64,000 nucleotides of DNA from Gemmatimonadales bacterium (GTDB lineage: Bacteria; Gemmatimonadota; Gemmatimonadetes; Gemmatimonadales; GWC2-71-9): positions 6,095 through 70,094 of the forward strand of contig JBHHZE010000009.1 of NCBI GenBank assembly GCA_046757925.1. Direction: 5' to 3'. This document shows positions 8,706-18,416 of the stretch, piece after piece. How positions within the stretch are numbered: the first letter of the stretch is position 1; the number at the start of each line of letters is the position of its first letter. The translations under genes and the position numbers were made by a program. The notes beneath the pieces were generated by a model. It was not told where the DNA came from, did not search any database, and saw only the letters and a list, made by a program, of their open reading frames with translations.

Positions 8706-10001
8706 TTGCGCTACACGACGTACTCCAAGTACCTCCCGCAACTGCTGGATGCGATCAACCTGGAGCAGCTCCTCGAGGACTTGAGCGATTTCCTACTGCA
8801 ATCAGGTTTTGCCGGCGGTCCGTGGTACCATCCGATCTTTGGAAATTTCAACGGCGACGAGCCGGACAGATCGCTAGAGGCACTCAAGCAAGCCATCCTC
8901 CAGAAACTGATGGAATCAGGTCAACTCACGCCCGAAATGCTGCAGTTGCTACGCGGGGAGTCGAGCGGCGACGAGCAGCTGGATGCCGAATTGCAACAGC
9001 AGATCGCCCAGCTGCTCGACCAGATAATCCAGCGTCTGATCGACGAAGGATACCTCAAGACCAATCAGATACCTCAAGTACCCGGCAGTCACCAGCATGT
9101 TGACGGCATCGACGGGCAGGCACAGAGCGCAGCTCAGCACGTACAGTTCAGCCTGTCGGAAAAAGGAATCGACTTTCTCGGGTATCGCGCGCTCAAACAC
9201 CTCCTGGGGACGGTGGGTAAGTCCAGCTTCGGCAGTCACGACACTCCGTATCTCGCCACGGGCATCGAAGCGGATTCCGTCTCCAAACCTTACGAGTTCG
9301 GTGACACACTCAACTTGGACGTCAACGCTACGCTAACTAACGCGATCGCGCGCGCGGGGCTCCAGGTACCGTTGGACATCGATTATCCCGACCTCATGGT
9401 TCACCAATCGGAATACCGGTCGAGTGCCGCGACAGTGTTGATGCTCGATTGCTCTCACTCCATGATTCTCTATGGTGAAGACCGCTTCACCCCGGCCAAG
9501 AAGGTATCCCTAGCCCTCACACACCTGATCCGCACGCAGTTTCCAGGCGACACCATCCGTGTCGTGTTGTTTCACGATACGGCAGAAGAGATCCCGCTTG
9601 GCAAACTCGCGCATGCACAAGTAGGACCTTACCACACCAACACCGCCGAAGGTCTGAAGCTCGCCCGCCGCATCCTCCTGGCTCAGAAGAAGGACATGCG
9701 CCAGATAATCATGATCACGGACGGCAAACCCTCGGCGCTGACGCTCCCCGACGGCAGGATTTATATCAACTCGATGGGATTGGACCCGAGAATATTGCGC
9801 GAGACTTACCGCGAGGTGGCCGGTTGCAAACGCTCGGGAATCATGATCAATACTTTCATGCTGGCGCGTGAGCGAGCGCTCGTTGAATTCGTCAAGAAGG
9901 TATGTGAGATTTCTCGTGGCAAGGCCTACTTCACCAACTCGATGACATTGGGTCAATACATCTTGATGGACTTCATGAAGCGGAAAACTCGGCGAGTGTA
10001 G
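8706..10001 (+). CDS. VWA-domain protein (MIDAS-containing), paired with the upstream AAA+ ATPase
   Basis: 431 aa. The C-terminal half carries the MIDAS motif D-x-S-x-S ([10 protein letters not shown]) and then ...[11 protein letters not shown]. There is only a 9-bp gap after the ATPase gene. The start codon is TTG. Confidence 0.75.
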   Translation: MRYTTYSKYLPQLLDAINLEQLLEDLSDFLLQSGFAGGPWYHPIFGNFNGDEPDRSLEALKQAILQKLMESGQLTPEMLQLLRGESSGDEQLDAELQQQIAQLLDQIIQRLIDEGYLKTNQIPQVPGSHQHVDGIDGQAQSAAQHVQFSLSEKGIDFLGYRALKHLLGTVGKSSFGSHDTPYLATGIEADSVSKPYEFGDTLNLDVNATLTNAIARAGLQVPLDIDYPDLMVHQSEYRSSAATVLMLDCSHSMILYGEDRFTPAKKVSLALTHLIRTQFPGDTIRVVLFHDTAEEIPLGKLAHAQVGPYHTNTAEGLKLARRILLAQKKDMRQIIMITDGKPSALTLPDGRIYINSMGLDPRILRETYREVAGCKRSGIMINTFMLARERALVEFVKKVCEISRGKAYFTNSMTLGQYILMDFMKRKTRRV

Positions 10002-10095
10002 AAATACCGCAGGTCCGGCAACTCGACTTGTGCGATCGGCCCACATATCTTCCCTCTAGGGTCACCTCCTGGAACCACGACATTCCGAGATCGGC

Positions 10096-13000
10096 GTGTT
10101 TGAGAACGTATTCGAAACGGTAAATTCCGGCTTCGTGCAGGCGCTGTATGAGGATTACTTGAGGGATCCGGCTTCGGTTCCGTCGGAATGGCGTGAGCTG
10201 TTCGAGAATGGACTAAGGGGGGAGACTCCTACCGAAACTCCGCAGACGCCGCAATCGGAGCAATCGACGAGCGCTGCCGAACCGGCTGTCGCTGCGAGTA
10301 TTGGTTCATCCGATCCCATTGTGGGCCCCGCTCTACGGCTGCTGCAAAACATGGAGGCGAGTCTTTCGGTCCCGACCGCCACCTCTTTTCGTGATATCGA
10401 CGTCGCACAACTCTGGGACGTTCGCAGAAGCTTGAACCAGGCCCTCCGGGCTCAAAACAAGAAGCTTTCGTTCACCCACATCATCGGATGGGCGATCGTC
10501 TGCGCGGCGCGCACGTATCCCACGATGGCCCATGCCGTGGTCGAAGTTGAAGGGACGCCGCACCGCGTGGCCCCAGGAGCCGTCAACCTGGGACTCGCCG
10601 TGGACGTCGAGGCCAAGGATGGCACGCGCAAGCTTCTGGTACCGGTTATCAAGCACGCGCAGTCGCTCTCCTTCGGCGAGTTTCACGAGGAGTACGAACG
10701 GCTGGTCGCGGGAGCCCGAGGGAACAAACTGATGCCGGACTCCTACATGGGCGCCACCATTACTCTCACCAACCCCGGTACCATAGGCACAGTGGCTTCC
10801 GTGCCACGGTTGATGAAAGGCCAGGGATCGATCGTCGCAACGGGTGCCATCAGAATGGTTGGCGGCAGCAGGATCATGACCGTGACGAGTACCTACGACC
10901 ATCGCATCATCCAGGGTGCCGAATCGGGCATGTTCTTGCAGACGATCGACCGACTGCTTCAGGGTGATGACGGATTCTACGAGGACTTGGCCGCTGCAAT
11001 GAATGGTCAGCTCGGTGCCGCCAAGGTGGCGACTCCGACTGGCTCGGCAGAATCCGTCGTTTCTCCTGTGGCCCCTGTGTCGTCTTCGGTCTCGAAGACT
11101 GTGGATGCCACACTTCTCTCTCACGTTGCGGCTGCGATGTCCGTGGTCAAGGCACATCGGACTCACGGCTATCTAGAGGCCAGTCTCGACCCTCTGGGAC
11201 GTCCGTCGGTAGGTGACCCGGCATTACATCCTGAGAATCTCGGTCTCACACCGGAAATGATGGCCCAGATCCCGGCCCAGGTCCTCCGTGTTTACGTTGA
11301 GGGCGACACGATGGCAGAGGTGCTTCCGCGGCTGCGGGAGGTATATAGCGGCAACATCGCGTACGAGATCGAGCACATTGGCAGTCATGAACAGCGTTTG
11401 TGGCTACGCGAAGTGATAGAATCGGGTAAGCATCAAACGCCTCCGACGGACGATGAGCGACGCAAGCTTCTTACCAGTCTCATCCGCACGTCCACATTCG
11501 AGAGGTTCCTCCAACGCACTTATCTGGGGCAGAAAAGATTCGGCATAGAGGGACTGGACGTCTTAGTCCCGATTCTCGAACTGGCGTTGGAGTTGGCTGG
11601 ACGCCGGGGAGCGCGAGACGTGGTCCTGGGGATGGCACATCGTGGACGGCTCAACATTTTGACTCACATAGTGGGAGTTCCTTACGCGTCGGTGCTGGCC
11701 GAGTTTGAGGGTGGATACGATATCCAGGATACGCTGGCAAGTGGGCGCGGCACCGGCGATGTCAAGTACCACTATGGCGCGAGCGGCGCCTACCAGGCGT
11801 TTGAAGGAAACCAGGTCTACGTGGTGCTGATGCCCAACCCGAGCCATCTGGAGGCCGTAAACCCCGTAGTGGAAGGACATGTCCGTGCGAGCCAAACGGA
11901 TCGAACAGGCGTGCACATCAAACACGACCCCAACATCGTGGTTCCCATACTGCTGCATGGAGATGCCGCCTTTGCCGCACAGGGAGTCGTAGCGGAAACG
12001 CTCAACGTGGCGTGCCTGGATGGGTATGATACCGGTGGAACCCTCCATATCATCTGTAACAACCAGATTGGCTTCACGACCGATCCCTCTCAGGCCCGCT
12101 CCACCGAGTTCTCGAGCGACCTGGCCAAGGGTTTTGACATCCCCATTATTCATGTCAACGCCGACGATCCCGAGGCGTGCTTGTCTGCAGTACGCCTGGC
12201 AATGATGTATCGCGAAGTATGGCATGACGACTGTGTTATCGACGTCATTGGGTACCGCCGGCTGGGCCACAACGAAGGAGACGAGCCGCGTTACACACAG
12301 CCCACGGTCTACGCTCGCATCGATGCGCATCCCGACGTCACGGAAATCTACGCAACGCAACTCATAGGCGACGGCGTGATAGACGAGCAAGCCTTTGAGC
12401 GGGAGAAAGAAGAGCGATATCAGGAGCTTACGCACGCACACGAGGCGCTGAAACACGAAAAAAGCCTTGACCATGCAGAGGAGCCGGTCCGTCTGAGCGG
12501 AGAGTGGCGAATGGTAGCCGAACCGTCCACTGCTGTGGCCGAGAAGGTATTGCGTCAATTGAACGACGATCTCCTGCAGGTACCCGACGGTTTTGCCATC
12601 AATCCCAAGCTCAAGAAGGTACTTGACCGCCGTACGAAAGCGTTTGAAAAGGACGGACCTCTCGACTGGGCTCACGCGGAGGCCCTTGCACTGAGCTCGC
12701 TCCTGCTAGAGGGTAACCCGGTCCGCATGGTCGGACAGGACGTAGAACGCGGAACTTTCAGTCAACGCCACCTTCGGCTACACGATTACAAGAGCGGTGA
12801 TACCTACGCTCCGATCCAGAATCTATCCGGTGCAAATGCACCGTTCGAACTTCACAACACTCCGCTCTCGGAGTACGCGGCTCTCGGGTTTGAGTACGGC
12901 TACAGCGTGGCCGCCACTGAAACGTTGGTGGTGTGGGAAGCGCAGTTTGGCGACTTTGTGAACGGTGCAGAGATAATAATCGATCAATTCATAATTGCGG

Positions 13001-13689
13001 GCCTGGCGAAATGGGGACAGACGTCCAGGCTCGCTCTGCTACTGCCGCACGGATATGAGGGTCAGGGTCCCGAGCACTCCAGCGCACGCTTGGAGAGGTT
13101 TCTGGCGCTCGGCGCGGAGAGCAACATTAGAGTCGCAAACTGTTCAACGCCGGCACAATATTTCCACATCCTGCGTCGTCAAGCGAAGCACCTGCAACTG
13201 CGACCCTTGATCCTCATGACACCCAAGAGCCTGCTGCGGCACCCCAAGGCAGTCTCACATCTAGCCGATCTTACGACAGGACTTTTTCAGTTCGTGCTCG
13301 ACGATCCGACTTTGCCCGCCGGACGCGATGAAGTGACGCGAATAGTATTCTGTTCCGGCAAGGTCTATTATGATGCAATCACTGCACAGCAGCGTTCAGA
13401 TGCCAAGCATGTATCGGTGGCCCGAATAGAGCTGCTCTACCCGTTTCCCACCCCTGAAACCAGCACGCTTATCGCCAACTACCCGAATGTACGCGAGCTC
13501 GTGTGGCTGCAGGAAGAGCCTACCAACATGGGAGCCCGCAAGTGGATCGTACCTCGATTGGAACATCTCGCGCCTGAGGGCGTCACGGTCAGGTACGTTG
13601 CGCGTCCCGAACGGTCGAGTCCAGCCGAGGGTTATCTGAAACGCCATCAGAACGAGCAGGCACGTCTGGTGGCCGACGTTTTGGCATGA
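10096..13689 (+). CDS. kgd: Multifunctional 2-oxoglutarate decarboxylase/dehydrogenase E1 with an embedded E2-like acyltransferase domain (Kgd/OdhA type)
   Basis: 1197 aa. It has the E1 N-terminal motif (VNSGFVQALYEDYLRDP), then an acyltransferase catalytic domain ending in ...TSTYDHRIIQGAESGMFL (DHRxxxG), then the TPP-dependent E1 body (GMAHRGRLN..., HGDAAFAAQGVV..., LLPHGYEGQGPEHSS). Confidence 0.9.
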   Translation: MFENVFETVNSGFVQALYEDYLRDPASVPSEWRELFENGLRGETPTETPQTPQSEQSTSAAEPAVAASIGSSDPIVGPALRLLQNMEASLSVPTATSFRDIDVAQLWDVRRSLNQALRAQNKKLSFTHIIGWAIVCAARTYPTMAHAVVEVEGTPHRVAPGAVNLGLAVDVEAKDGTRKLLVPVIKHAQSLSFGEFHEEYERLVAGARGNKLMPDSYMGATITLTNPGTIGTVASVPRLMKGQGSIVATGAIRMVGGSRIMTVTSTYDHRIIQGAESGMFLQTIDRLLQGDDGFYEDLAAAMNGQLGAAKVATPTGSAESVVSPVAPVSSSVSKTVDATLLSHVAAAMSVVKAHRTHGYLEASLDPLGRPSVGDPALHPENLGLTPEMMAQIPAQVLRVYVEGDTMAEVLPRLREVYSGNIAYEIEHIGSHEQRLWLREVIESGKHQTPPTDDERRKLLTSLIRTSTFERFLQRTYLGQKRFGIEGLDVLVPILELALELAGRRGARDVVLGMAHRGRLNILTHIVGVPYASVLAEFEGGYDIQDTLASGRGTGDVKYHYGASGAYQAFEGNQVYVVLMPNPSHLEAVNPVVEGHVRASQTDRTGVHIKHDPNIVVPILLHGDAAFAAQGVVAETLNVACLDGYDTGGTLHIICNNQIGFTTDPSQARSTEFSSDLAKGFDIPIIHVNADDPEACLSAVRLAMMYREVWHDDCVIDVIGYRRLGHNEGDEPRYTQPTVYARIDAHPDVTEIYATQLIGDGVIDEQAFEREKEERYQELTHAHEALKHEKSLDHAEEPVRLSGEWRMVAEPSTAVAEKVLRQLNDDLLQVPDGFAINPKLKKVLDRRTKAFEKDGPLDWAHAEALALSSLLLEGNPVRMVGQDVERGTFSQRHLRLHDYKSGDTYAPIQNLSGANAPFELHNTPLSEYAALGFEYGYSVAATETLVVWEAQFGDFVNGAEIIIDQFIIAGLAKWGQTSRLALLLPHGYEGQGPEHSSARLERFLALGAESNIRVANCSTPAQYFHILRRQAKHLQLRPLILMTPKSLLRHPKAVSHLADLTTGLFQFVLDDPTLPAGRDEVTRIVFCSGKVYYDAITAQQRSDAKHVSVARIELLYPFPTPETSTLIANYPNVRELVWLQEEPTNMGARKWIVPRLEHLAPEGVTVRYVARPERSSPAEGYLKRHQNEQARLVADVLA

Positions 13690-14258
13690 TCGTCCTTGCG
13701 ATCGTACGCATCGCGGTTTTCTTGGTTTTCTTCCTGAGCGCCGTTGTGGCTTTGGCGTCATGGGCAGTTCGATCCCGGCGGATAGATCCCTTCAGCTCCA
13801 CCGGCCAGCTCGCCCGTAGATTCACCGACCCTATGATACAACCGTTCGAGCGTTGGCTCTTGCAACGAGGTGGCAACCCGCAGATCGCACCTTGGTGGCT
13901 CCTCGGTGCAGTCATAGCAGGCGGTATCGTAGTCGTTACCCTGACCCAATGGCTGGTTGTCCAATCCCTTCGAATGGCAGCCGCGGGTGCCGCGGGACCA
14001 AGGGGCATTCTGAGGCTTGTGGTGTTGTACTCCGGTCAAATTGTCTCTCTTGCGTTGTTTGTCCGCGTGATTGGATCTTGGTTCGGCATGGGACGCTACA
14101 ATCGGTGGATGCGCTATGCGTACAGACTCACCGATTGGCTGGTGGAACCGCTCCGTCGCATCATACCGCCGTTTGGAGCGATTGACGCCACGCCGCTCGT
14201 GGCGTGGTTCCTTCTGCAGTTTCTGATCATGCCACTCGTGCTCGGGATACTGCGATGA
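13686..14258 (+). CDS. yggT: YggT-family membrane protein (two YggT repeats)
   Basis: 190 aa with 4 predicted TM helices. The motif duplicates ...TDPMIQPFERWL... and ...TDWLVEPLRRIIPPFGAIDATPLVAWFLL. Its ATGA overlaps the kgd stop. Confidence 0.7.
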   Translation: MIVLAIVRIAVFLVFFLSAVVALASWAVRSRRIDPFSSTGQLARRFTDPMIQPFERWLLQRGGNPQIAPWWLLGAVIAGGIVVVTLTQWLVVQSLRMAAAGAAGPRGILRLVVLYSGQIVSLALFVRVIGSWFGMGRYNRWMRYAYRLTDWLVEPLRRIIPPFGAIDATPLVAWFLLQFLIMPLVLGILR

Positions 14259-14530
14259 ACCCCAAGCCGCGCGCCGTGTTGTGGGTCCACGTCCAACCGC
14301 GAGCCAAGAAGACCGAAACTGCCGGTTGGCATGGTGATGCCGTCAAGATCCGTATCCACTCACCGCCACTCAACGGTGCCGCGAACGACGAATTGGTCGA
14401 GTTCATGGCGAAGAAGACCGGAGTCCCGCGCAGTGGTGTGTCGATTGCAAGCGGGCGCGGCGGACGCCGCAAGCGTGTGATCATCGAAGGCCGAACGACC
14501 CAGGAAGTGATCGCCGCGTTGGACATCTAG
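14255..14530 (+). CDS. DUF167 (YggU-like) protein
   Basis: VLWVHVQPRAKKTETAGWHGDAVKIRIHSPPLNGAANDELVEFMAKKTGVPRSGVSIASGRGGRRKRVIIEG fits the DUF167 pattern. The ATG at 14255 overlaps the yggT stop (ATGA). Confidence 0.7.
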   Translation: MNPKPRAVLWVHVQPRAKKTETAGWHGDAVKIRIHSPPLNGAANDELVEFMAKKTGVPRSGVSIASGRGGRRKRVIIEGRTTQEVIAALDI

Positions 14531-14649
14531 AGCGACCGCCACCCTTCCAGTTTCTCGCATGGGAACGTATATTTGGTCTGGACAAATTGAATAACGTGGT
14601 GATTTGCAGCGTATTGCGGCCACGCTAAACAAGTCGCTAAAAAGCTCGC

Positions 14650-14677
14650 CCCGGCGCTCGAAGCGACGGGTTTTTTT
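14650..14677 (+). terminator. Intrinsic-terminator-like hairpin plus T7 tract, 22 nt upstream of the metH start (possible attenuator)
   Basis: CCCGGCGC (14650-14657), loop TCGAA, then GCGACGGG (14663-14670) gives 7 of 8 pairs. TTTTTTT follows at 14671-14677. An alternative pairing of GTCGCT (14633-14638) with AGCGAC (14662-14667) would compete with the 3' arm. Confidence 0.45.
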
Positions 14678-14698
14678 GTACTACCGGAAAAACATCCA

Positions 14699-17600
14699 AT
14701 GCCGCCTACAATCCGAGATCGAACAGAGAGCCTTCAATCCGCCGCCAGCAATCGCATATTGGTGCTGGATGGCGCGATGGGCACGATGATCCAACGTTAC
14801 GACCTGACGGAATCTGACTTCAGGGGCGAGCGATTCAGTGATCATCCTGGCTCCCTGCAAGGCAACAACGACGTCCTCTGCCTAACTCGGCCGGACGTGA
14901 TAGAGGCGATTCATCGCGCTTACCTATCCGCAGGTGCGGACATCCTAGAGACGAACACGTTCAACGGCACGGCAATATCGCAATCCGATTATCAGACCGA
15001 GACATGCGTGCGGGACATCAATCTGACCGCGGCACGCATTGCTCGAAAAGTTGCAGACGAGTTCACTGCAAGAGAGCCTCAAAAGCCTCGTTTTGTTGCC
15101 GGGAGCATGGGGCCCACCAATCGGACAGCCTCCATCTCGCCAAAAGTAAACAATCCCGCATTTCGGAATGTCACGTTCGATCAACTCGTGGCAGCCTATT
15201 CCGAGCAAGCCGCAGCGTTGATCGAGGGTGGAGTAGATATCCTCCTGATTGAGACAGTGTTCGATACGCTCAACTGCAAGGCAGCCCTGTTTGCGGTGGC
15301 ACAACTACTGGACCGCAATAGCGAAGATACACCTCTCGTTTCCGTATCCGGAACCATCACAGACGCGAGTGGACGGACCTTGTCCGGTCAGACCACCGAG
15401 GCATTCTGGTATTCCATACGTCATGCGAACCTGTTCAGTGTGGGATTGAATTGCGCACTCGGAGCCAAGGATCTTCGCGCCTACGTCGAGGAACTCTCAG
15501 GGCTCAGTGGCATATTGGTGAGCTGCCACCCAAACGCCGGCCTGCCCAACGAGTTCGGGCAATACGAGCAGACCCCCGATGAGATAGCCGATACGTTGCG
15601 TGAGTTCGCGGAGAGTGGCTTTCTGAACATAGTTGGTGGCTGTTGCGGCACTACACCCGAGCACATAGCCGCCATCGCACGAGCCGTCTCGGGCGTGCCA
15701 CCACGTCCAGTACCGGAGATCGCACCTCTCACTCGCTTGAGCGGACTAGAACCCCTCGTGATAAGACCGGACAGTCTTTTCGTGAACATTGGTGAGCGCA
15801 CAAATGTCACCGGTTCAGCACGCTTCGCAGCTCTGATCAAGGATGGGGACTACGAGGCCGCACTCGAGGTAGCACGGCAGCAGGTAAGCGACGGCGCCCA
15901 GATGATCGATATCAACATGGATGAAGGTCTCCTCGATTCCGAGAAGGCAATGGTGGAGTTTCTCAATCTCATAGCAGCTGAGCCGGATATCAGCAGGGTA
16001 CCCGTAGTGCTGGATTCATCCAAATGGGAGGTGATCGAGGCTGGACTCAAATGTGTCCAGGGAAAGTGTGTAGTCAACTCCATTAGCCTGAAGGAGGGCG
16101 AGGAGGCTTTCATTACACGCGCTCGCAAGGTGCGACGGTACGGCGCCGCCGTGATCGTCATGGCATTCGACGAACAGGGTCAGGCCGATACCGCAGACCG
16201 CAAGGTCGCAATCTGTAAGCGGGCATATCGCATTTTGGTGGGCCAGGTCCGCTTCCCCCCAGAGGACATAATCTTCGATCCCAACATCTTCGCCGTAGCT
16301 ACCGGAATAGAAGAACACAACGAGTACGCACTCGCATATCTCAGAGCCTGTAGGGAAATCAAGGAGACGCTGCCACACAGCCTCGTGAGCGGTGGTGTCA
16401 GCAACATTTCATTCTCGTTCCGCGGAAACAATCCGGTTCGCGAGGCGATGCACGCCTCTTTCTTGTACCACGCCATCGAGGCTGGTATGGACCTGGGCAT
16501 CGTCAATGCAGGCCAGCTCGCGGTGTACGATGACATTCCGAAAGAACTGCTCAACGCGGTAGAAGACGTCATCTTCAATCGCCGTCCAGATGCCACTGAA
16601 CGACTTACCGACATCGCCGATACGGTACGGGGAGCCGCTAGGAAACGCACTGAGAATCTCGCCTGGCGCGGCAATAGTGTGGAAGAGCGACTCTCTCACG
16701 CGCTGGTCGAAGGGATTCTCGATTTCATTGAAGAGGACACCGAAGAAGCCCGACAAAAATTCGATCGACCCATCGAGGTGATCGAAGGTCCTTTGATGGA
16801 CGGAATGAACATCGTCGGCGACTTGTTTGGCAGTGGAAGGATGTTCCTACCACAGGTGGTGAAGAGCGCTCGAGTGATGAAGAAAGCGGTTGCGTATCTC
16901 ACCCCCTACATCGAGCGCGAAAAAGCGCACATGGGTGTAAGCACCGCCAAAGGGAAGTTGGTGTTGGCTACGGTCAAAGGAGACGTTCACGATATCGGCA
17001 AGAACATTGTCGGCGTTGTCCTCGGCTGCAATAACTACGAAGTCATCGATCTTGGTGTGATGGTACCGGCGAACAAGATTCTGGCTGTAGCACGCGAGGC
17101 TGACGCCGATATTATCGGATTGAGTGGACTCATCACACCATCCCTCGATGAAATGGTGCACGTTGCCAAGGAGATGGAACGGGAAGATTTCGATACTCCA
17201 CTGCTGATCGGCGGGGCAACTACTTCAAAGGTCCATACTGCTGTCAAGATCGAGCAGGGCTACAGTGGACCTACTATCTACGTAGAAGACGCGTCACGAA
17301 GTGTGGGTGTGGTAGGGCAGCTCCTCAGTACGGACAAACATGATGGTTTTGTGCGTCAGATTGCATCGGAATATGCAAAGATCAGAAATGCCCACAGCCA
17401 AAAAACGGACCGGACACGGCTCATTCCCATCGGCATCGCCCGTGAGCGGCGACAGTCATTCGATTGGAATCACTATGCACCGCCGCGACCGAATCAGCTC
17501 GGCGTCCAACCGATCGACCGTTGCACTCTCGAGGAACTGATTGGTTATATCGATTGGTCGCCGTTTTTCAGCGCATGGGAATTGCGTGGCAAGTACCCCG

Positions 17601-18409
17601 CAATCCTGGAAGACCCGAGACTCGGCGCCGAGGCAACCAAGCTACTCAACGATGCCCGGGAACTTCTGCAGCACATGGTTGAGCAGGATCTGCTGACGCC
17701 TCGCGGTGTTGTGGGACTATTTCCGGCGGCCGCAGTGGGTGACGATATCGAGGTATATGCAGATTGCTCGCGGTCCAGCACTGCTTGTGTGATTCACAAT
17801 TTACGCCAGCAGCTAGACAAACCTCCCGGCCGTGCAAACTTCTGTCTTACCGATTTCGTAGCGCCGCAGGAAAGTGGTGTTGAGGACCATATCGGAGCGT
17901 TTGCCGTTACCACGGGACACGGGATCGCCGAACTGTGTGCGCGTTTTGAGCGTGACCACGATGACTACCGCAGTATCATGACGAAGGCATTGGCTGATCG
18001 CCTAGCGGAGGCCTTTGCAGAGCGACTGCACGAACTCGTACGGCAGGACCTCTGGGGCTACGCTCCCGCCGAATCGCTGTCCAAGAACGAGCTCATCAAG
18101 GAACGATACGTGGGCATCCGCCCCGCACCCGGTTATCCAGCGTGCCCCGACCACAGCGAAAAGCAGGTCTTGTTTGATCTACTAGACGCAACCGAGCATA
18201 CCGGCATAACGCTTACGGACAGCTACGCGATGTCACCTGCCGCATCGGTAAGTGGCTGGTACTATTCGCACCCCTATGCCACTTACTTCGGCCTTGGCAA
18301 GATCGACCGTGACCAGGTAAGCGATTATGCAGAGCGGAAGGGCATGAGGATATGCGAAGTCGAACGCTGGCTCGCACCCAATCTCGGATATGACCGAGCT
18401 GCGAAATGA
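14699..18409 (+). CDS. metH: Cobalamin-dependent methionine synthase
   Basis: 1236 aa with the full domain order: Hcy-binding ([12 protein letters not shown]), pterin-binding, B12-binding with the DxHxxG motif ([12 protein letters not shown]), and a C-terminal AdoMet-activation domain. Confidence 0.95.
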   Translation: MPPTIRDRTESLQSAASNRILVLDGAMGTMIQRYDLTESDFRGERFSDHPGSLQGNNDVLCLTRPDVIEAIHRAYLSAGADILETNTFNGTAISQSDYQTETCVRDINLTAARIARKVADEFTAREPQKPRFVAGSMGPTNRTASISPKVNNPAFRNVTFDQLVAAYSEQAAALIEGGVDILLIETVFDTLNCKAALFAVAQLLDRNSEDTPLVSVSGTITDASGRTLSGQTTEAFWYSIRHANLFSVGLNCALGAKDLRAYVEELSGLSGILVSCHPNAGLPNEFGQYEQTPDEIADTLREFAESGFLNIVGGCCGTTPEHIAAIARAVSGVPPRPVPEIAPLTRLSGLEPLVIRPDSLFVNIGERTNVTGSARFAALIKDGDYEAALEVARQQVSDGAQMIDINMDEGLLDSEKAMVEFLNLIAAEPDISRVPVVLDSSKWEVIEAGLKCVQGKCVVNSISLKEGEEAFITRARKVRRYGAAVIVMAFDEQGQADTADRKVAICKRAYRILVGQVRFPPEDIIFDPNIFAVATGIEEHNEYALAYLRACREIKETLPHSLVSGGVSNISFSFRGNNPVREAMHASFLYHAIEAGMDLGIVNAGQLAVYDDIPKELLNAVEDVIFNRRPDATERLTDIADTVRGAARKRTENLAWRGNSVEERLSHALVEGILDFIEEDTEEARQKFDRPIEVIEGPLMDGMNIVGDLFGSGRMFLPQVVKSARVMKKAVAYLTPYIEREKAHMGVSTAKGKLVLATVKGDVHDIGKNIVGVVLGCNNYEVIDLGVMVPANKILAVAREADADIIGLSGLITPSLDEMVHVAKEMEREDFDTPLLIGGATTSKVHTAVKIEQGYSGPTIYVEDASRSVGVVGQLLSTDKHDGFVRQIASEYAKIRNAHSQKTDRTRLIPIGIARERRQSFDWNHYAPPRPNQLGVQPIDRCTLEELIGYIDWSPFFSAWELRGKYPAILEDPRLGAEATKLLNDARELLQHMVEQDLLTPRGVVGLFPAAAVGDDIEVYADCSRSSTACVIHNLRQQLDKPPGRANFCLTDFVAPQESGVEDHIGAFAVTTGHGIAELCARFERDHDDYRSIMTKALADRLAEAFAERLHELVRQDLWGYAPAESLSKNELIKERYVGIRPAPGYPACPDHSEKQVLFDLLDATEHTGITLTDSYAMSPAASVSGWYYSHPYATYFGLGKIDRDQVSDYAERKGMRICEVERWLAPNLGYDRAAK

Positions 18410-18416
18410 CTGAGCG

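Noticed and set aside
10333-12675. Long antisense ORFs inside kgd (10333-11166 at 277 aa; 11563-12675 at 370 aa). Similar ones occur inside other genes, e.g. 3287-4471, 19161-19673 and 59547-60263.
   Set aside because: High-GC genomes generate long stop-free antisense frames. These translations are Arg/Pro/Gly-rich with no motifs, and each lies fully within a strongly supported CDS on the other strand.
14560-14630. A cobalamin riboswitch in the metH leader (GGGAAC ... GGTG ... GCGGCCACGCT resembles fragments of the B12 element).
   Set aside because: The matches are short and out of register with the B12-box as I remember it. B12 repression of a B12-dependent enzyme also makes little regulatory sense. 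I kept only the generic attenuator observation.
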